Positions 33,895-44,133 are shown, counted from the first letter of the stretch. The stretch: 50,965 nt of DNA from Euryarchaeota archaeon UBA136 (GCA_002506485.1 DAXQ01000076.1:1-50965); one strand, 5' to 3'. Program-made: numbers and translations. Notes: a model not told the origin generated them from the letters alone.

Positions 33895-35172
33895 TTAAAT
33901 GTATTCAATACCAATTATCAGTAATGTCCCAGTTAGGGCATGTATACCAATGGTTCCCCAGTTTGCACCGGCCAATTCTCGGGTATTATAGCTGTTTATT
34001 ACTTGATATGAATAATAGAGAGCCACAGGTAATCCTAGTAATGAAAGAAGGGCCCCTTCCTCTACGATATTGTATTCGAATAATGCATATATTGAGGAGA
34101 ATGCTGCAAGCATTAGGATAAGGTACCCCCAACTGGATTTTTCTAGTCCTAGAACTACAACCAAGTGATGTTTTCCTGCAATTTCGTCTGATTTGCTATC
34201 AGGAAACTGATTAATCCAAAGTATTGCTGTCGTTAGTATTCCAAATGGTATTCCAAATAGAAATGCCTCCCATGAATGTATTCCAGACATTGCATAGATA
34301 GCTCCCATAGTCATCAGTGGGCCATAATTCAAACCAATCAGTAATTCTCCAATTCCTTTACGTGCTACTAATCTTAGAGGATATCCCATATAGAAATATC
34401 CCGAAAACGCTCCCGCAAGTCCGTAGTAAAGTAATTCCACTTTATTATCAAGCATAATTACTATTCCTGATAAACCAGCTAAAGCTAGAAAAGAAGTTGC
34501 CAAACGGAAAAGTTGTTTCTCAGTTATCAATCCCAGTTCGATAGCTCTGCTGCCTCCTGAGAGTTGTAAGAAATAGTCGTTGTTGATCTGATCAGTTCCA
34601 CTGGTCCAGTCAAAATAATCATTGTATGTATTGGCAGCCAGATGTAGAAAAGATCCACCCATAAACACCAATCCAAAGGTTAACCAATCCATCTCGATAA
34701 GTCCTTTCTGAAGACCCCAGACCACGCTAGCAATTATTGGAATCCAGGTGGCACTAAGGAAAGGCAATCTTGTTATGGCAACGATTGAGATAAATCGGGT
34801 GAGCAAGGATGTTTTGGGCATAGTGTCCATGGGAGAAACATTCTTCAGTTCTTTTGTGCGCCCACAGTAACCGATATGCATTCCGTTTTTCATTGTTGCC
34901 GTACATGTAAATTCAGCAGCAAATTGCGTTCCATCTTTTCTTATGAAGGTGGTCTTTGTTGAATATCCTTCCCTATTCTTTCTTGCTTCTTTTAACCACT
35001 TAGCAACATGGCCTAGCACCACCATACCAGGTGAGAATAGAGAAACTCTCTTCTTACCTATGATTTCATTGGCCGTGTACCCAAACATTATTTCGGCGCT
35101 TTTGTTGAAGGTTTCTATTCTACCCTCTATATCACAGGTTATTACACTGGTTACGTCATCTGATTCTGACAT
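33895..35172 (-). CDS. PAS domain fused to a UbiA-superfamily prenyltransferase (MenA-like, 1,4-dihydroxy-2-naphthoate polyprenyltransferase)
   Basis: The N-terminal about 110 aa are PAS-like (ITCDIEGRIETFNKSAEIMFGYTANEIIGKKRVSLFSP...KDGTQF). They are followed by about 8 TM helices with NTYNDYFDWTSGTD (the MenA-type NxxxDxxxD region). The track ORF starts at TTG 35226. I prefer ATG 35170-35172 (MSESDD...), which lies downstream of a TATA-like TTTATATAC. Confidence 0.8.
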   Translation of the reverse strand: MSESDDVTSVITCDIEGRIETFNKSAEIMFGYTANEIIGKKRVSLFSPGMVVLGHVAKWLKEARKNREGYSTKTTFIRKDGTQFAAEFTCTATMKNGMHIGYCGRTKELKNVSPMDTMPKTSLLTRFISIVAITRLPFLSATWIPIIASVVWGLQKGLIEMDWLTFGLVFMGGSFLHLAANTYNDYFDWTSGTDQINNDYFLQLSGGSRAIELGLITEKQLFRLATSFLALAGLSGIVIMLDNKVELLYYGLAGAFSGYFYMGYPLRLVARKGIGELLIGLNYGPLMTMGAIYAMSGIHSWEAFLFGIPFGILTTAILWINQFPDSKSDEIAGKHHLVVVLGLEKSSWGYLILMLAAFSSIYALFEYNIVEEGALLSLLGLPVALYYSYQVINSYNTRELAGANWGTIGIHALTGTLLIIGIEYI

Positions 35173-35251
35173 TAGGTACCTTTTAATTTCCTTATTCAAC
35201 TTCATTAGGTATAGTATATAAAACAATCATTATTATTGCCCAATTCAATGA

Positions 35252-38200
35252 TTATACATTTATTTTTTTAAGGGGTTCCAAATATTCAGCTTCCCCTTCT
35301 TTTAGTGAATTAATAGCTGCCTTTGCGCCAGTTATAGTGGTTATGAATGGAATTCCTAATTCGACCGCTAATCTTCTCATTTGTGCTCCATCGGTTGCAG
35401 CTCTTCTTCCAGTAGGTAGATTGATAATCAGATCCACTTTTTTGTTCCTCATCACAGATAGGATATCTGGTTGTTTTCTGTCCGATATTCTCCAGATCAC
35501 CTTACTATCTATTCCTTTTCTTCGCAGGTGTGCAGCAGTTCCTTTCGTGGCTATCAGATTGAATCCCAAATCTATCAATTCCTGTGCAACATCTCCAAAT
35601 TCGAGTTTGAGTTTGTTTGATACTGAAAGAAACACAGTTCCTGTGGTAGGTATGGTCTTGTTTCCCCCTTTCATTGCTTTGAGGTATGCAGTTCCAAACG
35701 TAGGCCCATGTCCCATCGCTTCACCTGTGGACTTCATTTCTGGGCCCAGTACCGTGTCTAATCCGGTTATCTTTAACCAGGAGAAGGTTGGTACTTTCAC
35801 TGACGCTCCCTTCATTTTAATTAATTCTGGAAGCTGATTCAATTTTTGGCCCAACATCGCTCTTACAGCTAATCTAGCTAGGGGATAACCTGTTGACTTA
35901 CTAACGAAGGGCAGAGTCCGGCTTGCCCTTGGATTTGCCTCTAGAAGGAACACATTTGAGTCCTTGATTGCCAATTGTAAATTTGCAGCTCCAATAATTC
36001 TCATCTCTTTGGCAACTTTTTTACTAATCTTGATGACTTCATCTTCCAATTTCTTTGAAATTGATTGGGGAGGCATAACGCACGCACTGTCTCCGGAATG
36101 GACACCAGCCATCTCAATTTGCTCCATTACAGCCCCAATCACCACTTTCTTTCCATCGGAAATCAGATCAACGTCCAGTTCAATAGCTCCTTCCAAGAAT
36201 TTATCGACTAGTACTGGCCTTTTGGGAGTGGCATGAGTTTCTAATCGCAGATATTTCTTGAGTTGTTTATCATTGTGTACAATTTCCATACCTCTCCCAC
36301 CGAGTACAAAGGAAGGTCTGACTAGGACGGGAAATCCAATTTCCTCTGCTCTGGTTATGACTTCATCCGAACTTTTGGCTATCGCCCATTTCGGCATCTT
36401 TATGCCTGCCTTTCTCATTAGTTCTCCACATTTTCCTCTGTCCTCGGCAGCATCCATATCCCTGACTTTTGTGCCGAGGATCCTAGTTTTCAATTTTTCT
36501 TTTTGGATATAGGCTTCAACTTCTGATGCTAAATTGACTGCGGTTTGTCCACCTAACTGTAAAATTATTCCATATGGTTTTTCTACATCTAGTATCTCAA
36601 AGATAGATTCAGCATCTAAAGGCTCGAAATACAATCTATCTGATGCATCAAAATCAGTTGATACTGTTTCTGGGTTGTTATTTACCACAACGGCTTCGTA
36701 GCCTGCCTTCCTTACCGCTTGTACTCCATGAACGGTTGAATAGTCGAATTCTATCCCTTGTCCTATTCTTATGGGTCCTGAACCTAGGATTACAATATTT
36801 TTCCCTATCTTGTATTCAGATTTCTGGTCCAAATAGGTTGAATAGAAGTAGGGCGTCTTTGCTTCAAATTCACCAGCGCATGTGTCCACCATCAAGAATG
36901 ATGAAGTAATATTCATTCTCTTTCTTTGATTTCTTATGGTTTCCTCATTTTTTCCAGTTAAATGAGATATGTGGGAATCACTAAATCCGTTGCTTTTAGC
37001 CTTGAGTAGAATCTTCTTTGGTATATTCTTTCTAATTTTTTCCAATTTGTTTTCAATTTTCACTAATTCTCCAATTCTTTCGATGAAGAAAGGATGGAAG
37101 TCAGTTAATTCGCAAGTTCTCTGAATTCTATTGGGACTAGCATTCCTGCGTTTAAGATAGTTCCAGATAATTGTTAGGCGTTGATCATTGGGCACCCGCA
37201 GTTTCTCCTCTAATTTCTCTTTTCTCCACTTGATTGTCTCAGGGTATCCTAGACCTTGGCCAATAGATCTCCACCCTTTCATCAATGCTTCCTCAAATGA
37301 CCTGCCAATGGCCATAGTTTCCCCAGTTGATTTCATCTGCGTTCCAAGAGTTCTATCCGCGAGTTTGAATTTGTCGAATGGCCACCTAGGTATCTTGATG
37401 ACCACATAATCAATAGATGGTTCGAAGGCTGCACTTGTATTTCCTGTTACTCTGTTTGGTAATTCATGCAGTTTATGTCCAATCGATAGCATGCTGGCAA
37501 TACGGGCTATTGGAACCCCTGTTGCTTTGGATGCCAATGCTGAAGAGCGCGAGACCCGAGGATTAACCTCTATCAGGATATAATCCTCCGTTTTGGAATT
37601 ATATGCGAATTGAACATTACAGCCACCTACTATCCCTAGACTTCTGACAACCTTCAATGCTGAAGTTCTCAATTTTTGATATGCTGTGTCAGGAAGAGTG
37701 AGGGCCGGTGCCACGACAATAGATTCACCAGTATGTACTCCCATAGGGTCTAGGTTTTCCATTGAACAGACGATAATTGCATTATCATCCTCATCTCTTA
37801 GAACTTCAAACTCAAATTCAAGCCATCCTAAGATGGATTCTTCTATCAATAATTGTTTGACAGGGGAAAGGGCTAAACCTCTACCAGCTATAATATCTAA
37901 TTCACTTTCATCATAAGCAATGCCTCCTCCCGTACCACCCAGAGTGAAGGCTGGTCTTACAACGACCGGATAATCCAGTTTCTCTGCTAATTTCAGTGAT
38001 TGGTTGATTGTTTTGGCAATTCCGCTTTCTGCAACAGGTTCGCCTATTTCTACCATCTTTTTTCTGAAAAGATCCCTGTCTTCAGCCATTTCAATGGATT
38101 TCAATGACGTTCCCAGAATTTTCACCCCATATTTCTGGAGTACTCCGGCCTTATGCAAATCTACTGTGAGGTTAAGTCCAGTTTGCCCCCCCATACCAGG

Positions 38201-38449
38201 AATAATCGCATCAGGTTTCTCTTTTTCAATAATTCTCTTCAAGGATTCCACAGTCATCGGTTCGATGTAGACGATATCTGCAGTTTCCGGGTCAGTCTGG
38301 ATCGTTGCTGGATTCGAATTGACTAGGACTACAGTATGCCCAGCCTCACGCAATGCGGAACAACATTGAGAACCTGAATAATCAAATTCAGCTGCCTGAC
38401 CAATAATTATAGGTCCAGCTCCAGGGACTAGAATCTTCATTCTACCCAT
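35252..38449 (-). CDS. carB: carbamoyl-phosphate synthase large subunit
   Basis: 1065 aa with duplicated ATP-grasp halves and a C-terminal MGS-like domain. The N-terminus ILVPGAGPIIIGQAAEFDYSGSQ is canonical. Confidence 0.97.
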   Translation of the reverse strand: MGRMKILVPGAGPIIIGQAAEFDYSGSQCCSALREAGHTVVLVNSNPATIQTDPETADIVYIEPMTVESLKRIIEKEKPDAIIPGMGGQTGLNLTVDLHKAGVLQKYGVKILGTSLKSIEMAEDRDLFRKKMVEIGEPVAESGIAKTINQSLKLAEKLDYPVVVRPAFTLGGTGGGIAYDESELDIIAGRGLALSPVKQLLIEESILGWLEFEFEVLRDEDDNAIIVCSMENLDPMGVHTGESIVVAPALTLPDTAYQKLRTSALKVVRSLGIVGGCNVQFAYNSKTEDYILIEVNPRVSRSSALASKATGVPIARIASMLSIGHKLHELPNRVTGNTSAAFEPSIDYVVIKIPRWPFDKFKLADRTLGTQMKSTGETMAIGRSFEEALMKGWRSIGQGLGYPETIKWRKEKLEEKLRVPNDQRLTIIWNYLKRRNASPNRIQRTCELTDFHPFFIERIGELVKIENKLEKIRKNIPKKILLKAKSNGFSDSHISHLTGKNEETIRNQRKRMNITSSFLMVDTCAGEFEAKTPYFYSTYLDQKSEYKIGKNIVILGSGPIRIGQGIEFDYSTVHGVQAVRKAGYEAVVVNNNPETVSTDFDASDRLYFEPLDAESIFEILDVEKPYGIILQLGGQTAVNLASEVEAYIQKEKLKTRILGTKVRDMDAAEDRGKCGELMRKAGIKMPKWAIAKSSDEVITRAEEIGFPVLVRPSFVLGGRGMEIVHNDKQLKKYLRLETHATPKRPVLVDKFLEGAIELDVDLISDGKKVVIGAVMEQIEMAGVHSGDSACVMPPQSISKKLEDEVIKISKKVAKEMRIIGAANLQLAIKDSNVFLLEANPRASRTLPFVSKSTGYPLARLAVRAMLGQKLNQLPELIKMKGASVKVPTFSWLKITGLDTVLGPEMKSTGEAMGHGPTFGTAYLKAMKGGNKTIPTTGTVFLSVSNKLKLEFGDVAQELIDLGFNLIATKGTAAHLRRKGIDSKVIWRISDRKQPDILSVMRNKKVDLIINLPTGRRAATDGAQMRRLAVELGIPFITTITGAKAAINSLKEGEAEYLEPLKKINV

Positions 38450-39497
38450 TTATCGTCTCCAATACCCTCTTGAAAAGAATATTTGCATCCATTGGGCCTG
38501 GTGCAGCTTCTGGATGGAACTGAACAGACCAGCAATTCTTGGATTCTATTCCTTCACAGGTCCCATCATTCAAGTTGACAAATGTTTCTTTGACCTTATT
38601 CGGCAATTTATGGAGCGCAAATCCGTGATTCTGTGAGGTTATGAAAACATTATCAGTTTTCAGTTCTTTTACGGGTTGATTTCCCCCTCTGTGCCCATAT
38701 TTCAGCTTGTACGTTTCACCACCTAGGGCTAGTCCCAGGATCTGATGGCCCAAGCATATTCCAACTACGGGTATCTCCTTCAGGATACTCTTAACCGTAT
38801 TTACTACTGGTTTCATATCTTTATGGTCAGGATCGCCCGGACCATTGCTCATGAACACCAGTTCGGGTTCTGTGGCCTTTACTTTCTCGATATCATAATT
38901 CCAGGGAACGACGGTCACCTGGCATATTTTTGCTAGATTCTTGACTATGGACTGTTTTACACCCCAATCAAACAGCGTGATTCTTGGTCCTTCAGTTCCT
39001 CTCTTATATTTTCGTTTAGTAGAGACCATTGACACCAGGTTCGAATCAGATGGCCATTCCATTTGCTTGGCTCTCTGTACTCCCTGTTTGGGTGTTATCT
39101 TTCCATCTGTGCAGATAACTGCTCTCAGAGTCCCGGCCTCCCTGGTAATAATCGTTAATTGTCTAGTATCTATTCCTTCCAATCCTGGTATTTTCTCTTC
39201 TTTTAGCCATTCATCCAGATTCATTTTTCCTTGGTGTGGACTTCGGCACCATTCTTTTACCAGACAGGCATTAACTTGTATCTTTGAGGATTCATAATAT
39301 TTAGGACTGCAACCATAATTTCCTATTTGTGGAAAGGTAAACATCAGCATCTGACCAGCATAACTGGGATCAGTAAGAGCTTCCTGATAGCCCGTCATTG
39401 AGGTGTTGAAAACGAGCTCTCCTTCAACTGTTTCCAGATAACCAAATGAGTCTCCAAAAAAAACAGAACCGTTCTCTAGAGCAATCCATCCCTGCAT
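38442..39497 (-). CDS. carA: carbamoyl-phosphate synthase small (glutaminase) subunit
   Basis: 351 aa. The GATase triad context is present (GICLGHQ, then FHPE). There is an 8-nt overlap with carB. Confidence 0.95.
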   Translation of the reverse strand: MQGWIALENGSVFFGDSFGYLETVEGELVFNTSMTGYQEALTDPSYAGQMLMFTFPQIGNYGCSPKYYESSKIQVNACLVKEWCRSPHQGKMNLDEWLKEEKIPGLEGIDTRQLTIITREAGTLRAVICTDGKITPKQGVQRAKQMEWPSDSNLVSMVSTKRKYKRGTEGPRITLFDWGVKQSIVKNLAKICQVTVVPWNYDIEKVKATEPELVFMSNGPGDPDHKDMKPVVNTVKSILKEIPVVGICLGHQILGLALGGETYKLKYGHRGGNQPVKELKTDNVFITSQNHGFALHKLPNKVKETFVNLNDGTCEGIESKNCWSVQFHPEAAPGPMDANILFKRVLETING

Positions 39498-39537
39498 CTA
39501 GGAGGTGCCAGTCCGATGGGGGATTAAAATAAGATGG

Positions 39538-40284
39538 TTAGAGGTTATCGAGGAAGTCCTTTTCAGTGAAGTGTAATCTAGAGGGAACCACTAGGCTGTG
39601 GGGTTCTTTTCCTAGGTCTAATTTTGCCAGGTCCTTTAATTTTCCGTACCATACTTTCTGGTCTTCTCTTCCTACTCTGGCGGCCGCTGCAACTTTTATT
39701 TCTCCAGATAGTCCGGCCTCGATGATCTGCTCTGCAGCCTGAGCAGCAGTCATGTAAATTGGTTCAGTTTCAGGTTGGTCGGCCTTGATATCCAATAATA
39801 CCAATGTGTGATTCCCATTCTTCATATTGGCCTTGATTTTATCGATAGGACTGGTCGGTTTGTAGTTCCCCTCTGGAAGGACCAATGTTGCTACGGGTCC
39901 AAAGTTGTAATGTTGGAGTCCCAGGACACCTGCGACGACGGTCAGGACAGATGCATTGTGTATCACTTGATATTCAATCTTATTCTTTTTGCATTCTAAC
40001 AATAAGCTAACATGAGTGGTCGCCGAGAGCGCATCACCCACAATAAGTAACGCAATATTCTTTTCTTTTGCCAAGTCGATAATTTCGTTTGGTTCCTCTA
40101 CCTGACCTCTGGATAGATGGATAGGTTCCTTTTGTGACTTTAATTTTACCCATTCTAATGTTTCAGGATGAATTGGAGAGGTATAAGTCTCGTAGAATAT
40201 GTGGTCTGATAAACTGAGGGAGATAACTCCATCCATGGTTATAGAATTCGGACCACCTAGTCCTAGACCAATTATTGTCAGCAT
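39538..40284 (-). CDS. dphB: diphthine synthase
   Basis: 248 aa. It has the tetrapyrrole-methylase fold signature MLTIIGLGLG, VGDALSATTH and an archaeal DphB C-terminal block (PHSLVVP). Confidence 0.9.
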   Translation of the reverse strand: MLTIIGLGLGGPNSITMDGVISLSLSDHIFYETYTSPIHPETLEWVKLKSQKEPIHLSRGQVEEPNEIIDLAKEKNIALLIVGDALSATTHVSLLLECKKNKIEYQVIHNASVLTVVAGVLGLQHYNFGPVATLVLPEGNYKPTSPIDKIKANMKNGNHTLVLLDIKADQPETEPIYMTAAQAAEQIIEAGLSGEIKVAAAARVGREDQKVWYGKLKDLAKLDLGKEPHSLVVPSRLHFTEKDFLDNL

Positions 40285-40318
40285 GAAGTCTTATTTGAGC
40301 CTCTCTTAATTAGTTACT

Positions 40319-40735
40319 ATGGCTATATCACAAGGTTCATTGGAGATACTTACAAATCCTAAATCTTTCTTGGATATCACGAGTCAAGTTCAGGATTTTG
40401 TGGCAAAGTCAAATATTCAGAATGGTGTTTGTCATTTATTCATAAAACATACGAGTGCAAGTTTAGTTATTCAGGAGAATTATGATCCTTCTGTAAGGCA
40501 AGATTTTGAGACTATATTTTCGAATTTAGCACCTGAAGACTTTCCATATGTTCATAATATGGAAGGTAAGGATGACATGCCAGCACATATTCGTTCAGCT
40601 TTAACTAGCACTTCTGAGGCTGTTCCGGTTATGAATGGCAAGCTTTCATTGGGAACTTGGCAGGGAATATATTTGTGGGAGCACAGAGACCAATCACATA
40701 ATAGGACAATAGTGGTTACCATGGTCGGTGAATAA
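40319..40735 (+). CDS. yjbQ: YjbQ/UPF0047 family protein (secondary thiamine-phosphate synthase enzyme)
   Basis: 138 aa. It has HTSASLVIQENYDPSV, DDMPAHIRS and GTWQGIYLWEHR. Confidence 0.85.
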   Translation: MAISQGSLEILTNPKSFLDITSQVQDFVAKSNIQNGVCHLFIKHTSASLVIQENYDPSVRQDFETIFSNLAPEDFPYVHNMEGKDDMPAHIRSALTSTSEAVPVMNGKLSLGTWQGIYLWEHRDQSHNRTIVVTMVGE

Positions 40736-40801
40736 GTTTCAAAATATTTTTAAAACCTACTATGGTGTACCATACTGGCAAAGATATGACGATATGAAAT
40801 A

Positions 40802-41386
40802 ATGGAATTTAGTCAATACAAATCAAATGCAATGGGAAAATTGGAGTCTGCTCTGTCCGAAGGTCTTGTCGATGAGGGTGTTATCTCAGTATTGAATTCT
40901 CTTAATTCCCATCCTGATATTTTTACCACATCTAGTTGTGCAGGTCGAATTCAATTGATAGTACTTCCAGATATTGGTCGCAAGGATTCCGTTGAATTGA
41001 GGAAAACATGGCACAGACCAGTTGAATTTGAAGAAGTTAAGGAAGCCCTCGACAATTTAGATATTCCACCAAATTCTATTGTCATTCTTCAAGGTCAGTC
41101 ACCTATTTTCCACGTAGCTTGTAGAACTATGGAATTAGCACAAAAATTTAGAGGAATAGTTCACAGTCAAGGTTGGAAATATTCTTCATTGATAACAGGA
41201 AATGAGGACAAATGGGTGGTCGAGATTCTTTCAGCCAATAGAATCGATAACTTGCTTTATCGTGATGGAGTTATTGCCAAACCTAGTGATGAACGTCTTA
41301 AATTCATAATTGAGGAATCAAACAAGATACTTGTCAAAGCTCAGTCTAGATTGGAAGCTTTAGAATATATACCATCAGGTTTGTAG
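40802..41386 (+). CDS. taw3: tRNA wyosine-derivative methyltransferase Taw3 (TYW3 family)
   Basis: 194 aa. It has the TYW3 hallmark TTSSCAGRI and a length and charge pattern like archaeal Taw3. Confidence 0.78.
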   Translation: MEFSQYKSNAMGKLESALSEGLVDEGVISVLNSLNSHPDIFTTSSCAGRIQLIVLPDIGRKDSVELRKTWHRPVEFEEVKEALDNLDIPPNSIVILQGQSPIFHVACRTMELAQKFRGIVHSQGWKYSSLITGNEDKWVVEILSANRIDNLLYRDGVIAKPSDERLKFIIEESNKILVKAQSRLEALEYIPSGL

Positions 41387-41392
41387 CATAAC

Positions 41393-42418
41393 ATGAAGGC
41401 CCTCTACTTCGAAGAACATGGTGAAAGGGACGTATTACAATACGGAGATTTACCTGATTTGCAAAACAAAGAGGGTCATGTATTGATCAAAGTGGAAGCC
41501 TGTGCTTTGAATCATTTAGATATATGGAGTCGCAAAGGTTGGCCAGGTCTTAATCTTGAAATGCCTCATATTGGAGGTAGTGATGTTTCAGGAACTGTTG
41601 TAGAAGGTAATGGTAATTGGAAAGAAGGAGATAAGGTCGTAGTAGACCCCGGTATCTCTACGAAACAGGATTCTTGGACCGAGAAAGGATTGGATAGCAT
41701 GAGTCCAGGTTATCGGATTCTTGGTGAGCATATTAGTGGCGGATGTGCAGAATATGTATCAGTACCTGCAGAGAACATTCACAAGCGTCCAGAGGGTATG
41801 ACTGCTAGTCAGGCTGCTGCACCCCTTCTTGTGGGTTTAACGGCCTATAGAATGCTTGTAATCAGGGCTAGTATACAGAAAGGCGATAATGTTCTGGTAA
41901 TGGGTTCCGGTGGTGGTGTCAATTCATTATCAATCCAGATTGCCAAACACTTTGGGGCAGATGTCCATGTTGTTGCTGGAGGTTCTGAAAAGAAAGCTAA
42001 AGCGGAAGATTTGGGTGCTTCTTTTGTAGTAGATTACAAAGCCAATCCCAACTGGCATAAGGAATTGTTTCCAGCTATTGGTAGAAAGGGCTATGATATC
42101 GTTGTTGATAATGTAGGTAAGCCTACTTGGTCAAGATCAATTAAATTAGCTGGAATAGGCGGTCGGATTGTCACAGTGGGCAATACCAAAGGGCCAATCG
42201 CCGAAACAGACATCCGCTATATTTTTTCGAAACAATTATCTATTCTTGGATCTACTATGGGTTCCCATTCAGATTTTGCTGAATTATTGAAATTACTGGA
42301 ATCTGGTTCAATAAAACCCGTTATTGATTGTGAGATTCCTCTTTCTGATGGTGCAAAAGGTCACCAAATCTTAGAAGAAGGAACTATGTTTGGTAAAGTT
42401 GTTATTGTTCCAGACTAG
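41393..42418 (+). CDS. zinc-type alcohol dehydrogenase / quinone oxidoreductase (MDR superfamily)
   Basis: 341 aa. It has a GroES-like N-domain (CALNHLD, GGSDVSG) and the Rossmann motif VMGSGGGVN. Confidence 0.88.
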   Translation: MKALYFEEHGERDVLQYGDLPDLQNKEGHVLIKVEACALNHLDIWSRKGWPGLNLEMPHIGGSDVSGTVVEGNGNWKEGDKVVVDPGISTKQDSWTEKGLDSMSPGYRILGEHISGGCAEYVSVPAENIHKRPEGMTASQAAAPLLVGLTAYRMLVIRASIQKGDNVLVMGSGGGVNSLSIQIAKHFGADVHVVAGGSEKKAKAEDLGASFVVDYKANPNWHKELFPAIGRKGYDIVVDNVGKPTWSRSIKLAGIGGRIVTVGNTKGPIAETDIRYIFSKQLSILGSTMGSHSDFAELLKLLESGSIKPVIDCEIPLSDGAKGHQILEEGTMFGKVVIVPD

Positions 42419-42427
42419 GAGAATTGT

Positions 42428-43273
42428 TCAATTTTTTCTCAATGTAGCAATGATATGGCTTGTACTGGGACCATAAAATTTTACTCTTTCAAATTTTTCT
42501 ACAACAAAACCCTTTATTTTCATCAAATCGGAAAATTTGGTTGGAATACTTCCCCAGTCACTCCTACTTTTGAATCCCAGCCAATTATTCCGGTATGCTT
42601 CATGGAATACAGCTATTCCGTTTTCATTCAGACAACTGTGGGTGTGCTCTAGAAAATCAATAGTATTCCCGATATATCCTAAGTGAATAACGTCAGCTTT
42701 CAATTTCACATTTCTGCAATCATCATTTATAATCTCTACATTTTCAATATTATTCTCTTTGACATTTGTGGTAAGATATTCTATGGCTTTTGGGTTTTTA
42801 TCAATAGCTATAATCTTTGCTTTGGGATATCCTCTAGCCATTTGTAAAGCAAAATAGCCTATTCCTGCAAAATAATCGATGATTGTTCTCGGTTTATCAA
42901 ATGAATAAAAGTCAATGACTTTTTCAGGTCCGGCTAGGGCAGATCTCCATCCTGTATTTCCTGGCGACCACATAATCTCACTGAGATCCAATCTATATTT
43001 TATTCCATATTCGGAAATCTCTGTAATGGTCTTAGTTCCGTACAACAGGTCGACTTTTTCTGGCTTTCTTAACTCACCACTAACTTTTCTTTTTTGAATT
43101 ACAGTCTTGACATTTAATTCATCAGCATAAATTTCTGCGATTCCCCTTTTTTTATCATCAGCTAGGTTTTCAAGATCAATTATCAATACATTCCCAATCC
43201 TTTTCCATTTCGTGGGTAATTTGTCGTGTAAGTCAGAATTCACTCTTAGCTTGATATTTTCAAGAGGTTTCAT
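42428..43273 (-). CDS. trm5: tRNA (guanine37-N1)-methyltransferase Trm5 / Taw22 (Met-10+ family)
   Basis: 281 aa. It has the SAM motif DYFAGIGYFALQMA followed by AIDKNP, and the Trm5-type NxP region. Confidence 0.8.
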   Translation of the reverse strand: MKPLENIKLRVNSDLHDKLPTKWKRIGNVLIIDLENLADDKKRGIAEIYADELNVKTVIQKRKVSGELRKPEKVDLLYGTKTITEISEYGIKYRLDLSEIMWSPGNTGWRSALAGPEKVIDFYSFDKPRTIIDYFAGIGYFALQMARGYPKAKIIAIDKNPKAIEYLTTNVKENNIENVEIINDDCRNVKLKADVIHLGYIGNTIDFLEHTHSCLNENGIAVFHEAYRNNWLGFKSRSDWGSIPTKFSDLMKIKGFVVEKFERVKFYGPSTSHIIATLRKN

Positions 43274-44133
43274 TTTTCAGCTAGTTTTCTGAGAACTGCT
43301 ATTTCAGGTTTCCACATTTCTGGACCTCCTGGTGTTTCAAGATAGCCAGCTAGATGTTCCAGTCTTTTTTCCTGCATGAAATTTTTGAAAGTCTCTTTTC
43401 CTAATTTTCCCATTCCAATATTGTCATGTCGGTCGACTCTTGATCCCAGATCACTTTTGGAGTCATTGAGATGAAGTGCTACCAGATATTCCATACCTAC
43501 GATACTCTCAAAGTCATCCCATATCTGATTAAAGTCATTTCTCCAATCATACCCTGAAGCCCATGCGTGCTGTGTATCAATACAAACTCCAACTCTTTTC
43601 TTGTCATCAATATAGTCTATAATATGTTTAATCTCCTCGAATCTTATCCCTACATTTGTACCTTGTCCTGCAGCATTCTCAATCACCAATTTTGATTCAT
43701 AGCCTTTTGTTTCTTTAAGAGTTCGATTCATATGGTGTGCAATTCGTTCCAATGCATTATATCTCGTTGGTTTATCGTCCCTCATATCTTTCTTTGGATG
43801 GGTATGAGACCCAGGGTGGAAATTGAGATAGGCAACACCGAGCGCTTCGCAGCGGTGATATTCTTCTAAGAATGCAACTTGAGCTCTTTTGCCTTTGGTT
43901 TCATCTGGACTTCCCATGTTTATCAAATATGAATCGTGTATCATAAGAGGGCCAAGATCGGTTTGAGATAATGGTTTTTTGAATCCTTCTATTTGTTCTT
44001 CAGTTAGTGGTTTTGCTATCCATTGTCTTTGATTTTTGCTGAACATCTGAAATGTATCAGCTTCTATTTCCAAGGCCCAGGGAATTGCGTTCTGAAGTCC
44101 CCCTGCAACACTTACGTGAGCTCCTAGTCTCAT
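43270..44133 (-). CDS. nfo: endonuclease IV (deoxyribonuclease IV)
   Basis: 287 aa. It is an AP-endonuclease 2 TIM barrel with HDSYLINMGSP, NFHPGSH, ENAAGQG, DTQHAWASGYD and LHLNDSK. Confidence 0.92.
   Translation of the reverse strand: MRLGAHVSVAGGLQNAIPWALEIEADTFQMFSKNQRQWIAKPLTEEQIEGFKKPLSQTDLGPLMIHDSYLINMGSPDETKGKRAQVAFLEEYHRCEALGVAYLNFHPGSHTHPKKDMRDDKPTRYNALERIAHHMNRTLKETKGYESKLVIENAAGQGTNVGIRFEEIKHIIDYIDDKKRVGVCIDTQHAWASGYDWRNDFNQIWDDFESIVGMEYLVALHLNDSKSDLGSRVDRHDNIGMGKLGKETFKNFMQEKRLEHLAGYLETPGGPEMWKPEIAVLRKLAEK

Noticed and set aside
40736-40801. C/D-box sRNA or riboswitch candidates in the larger spacers (also 1-129, 11947-12041 and 21097-21216)
   Set aside because: I found no RUGAUGA...CUGA box pairs at appropriate spacing and no recognisable riboswitch cores. 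These spacers contain only AT-rich TATA-like boxes for divergent promoters.
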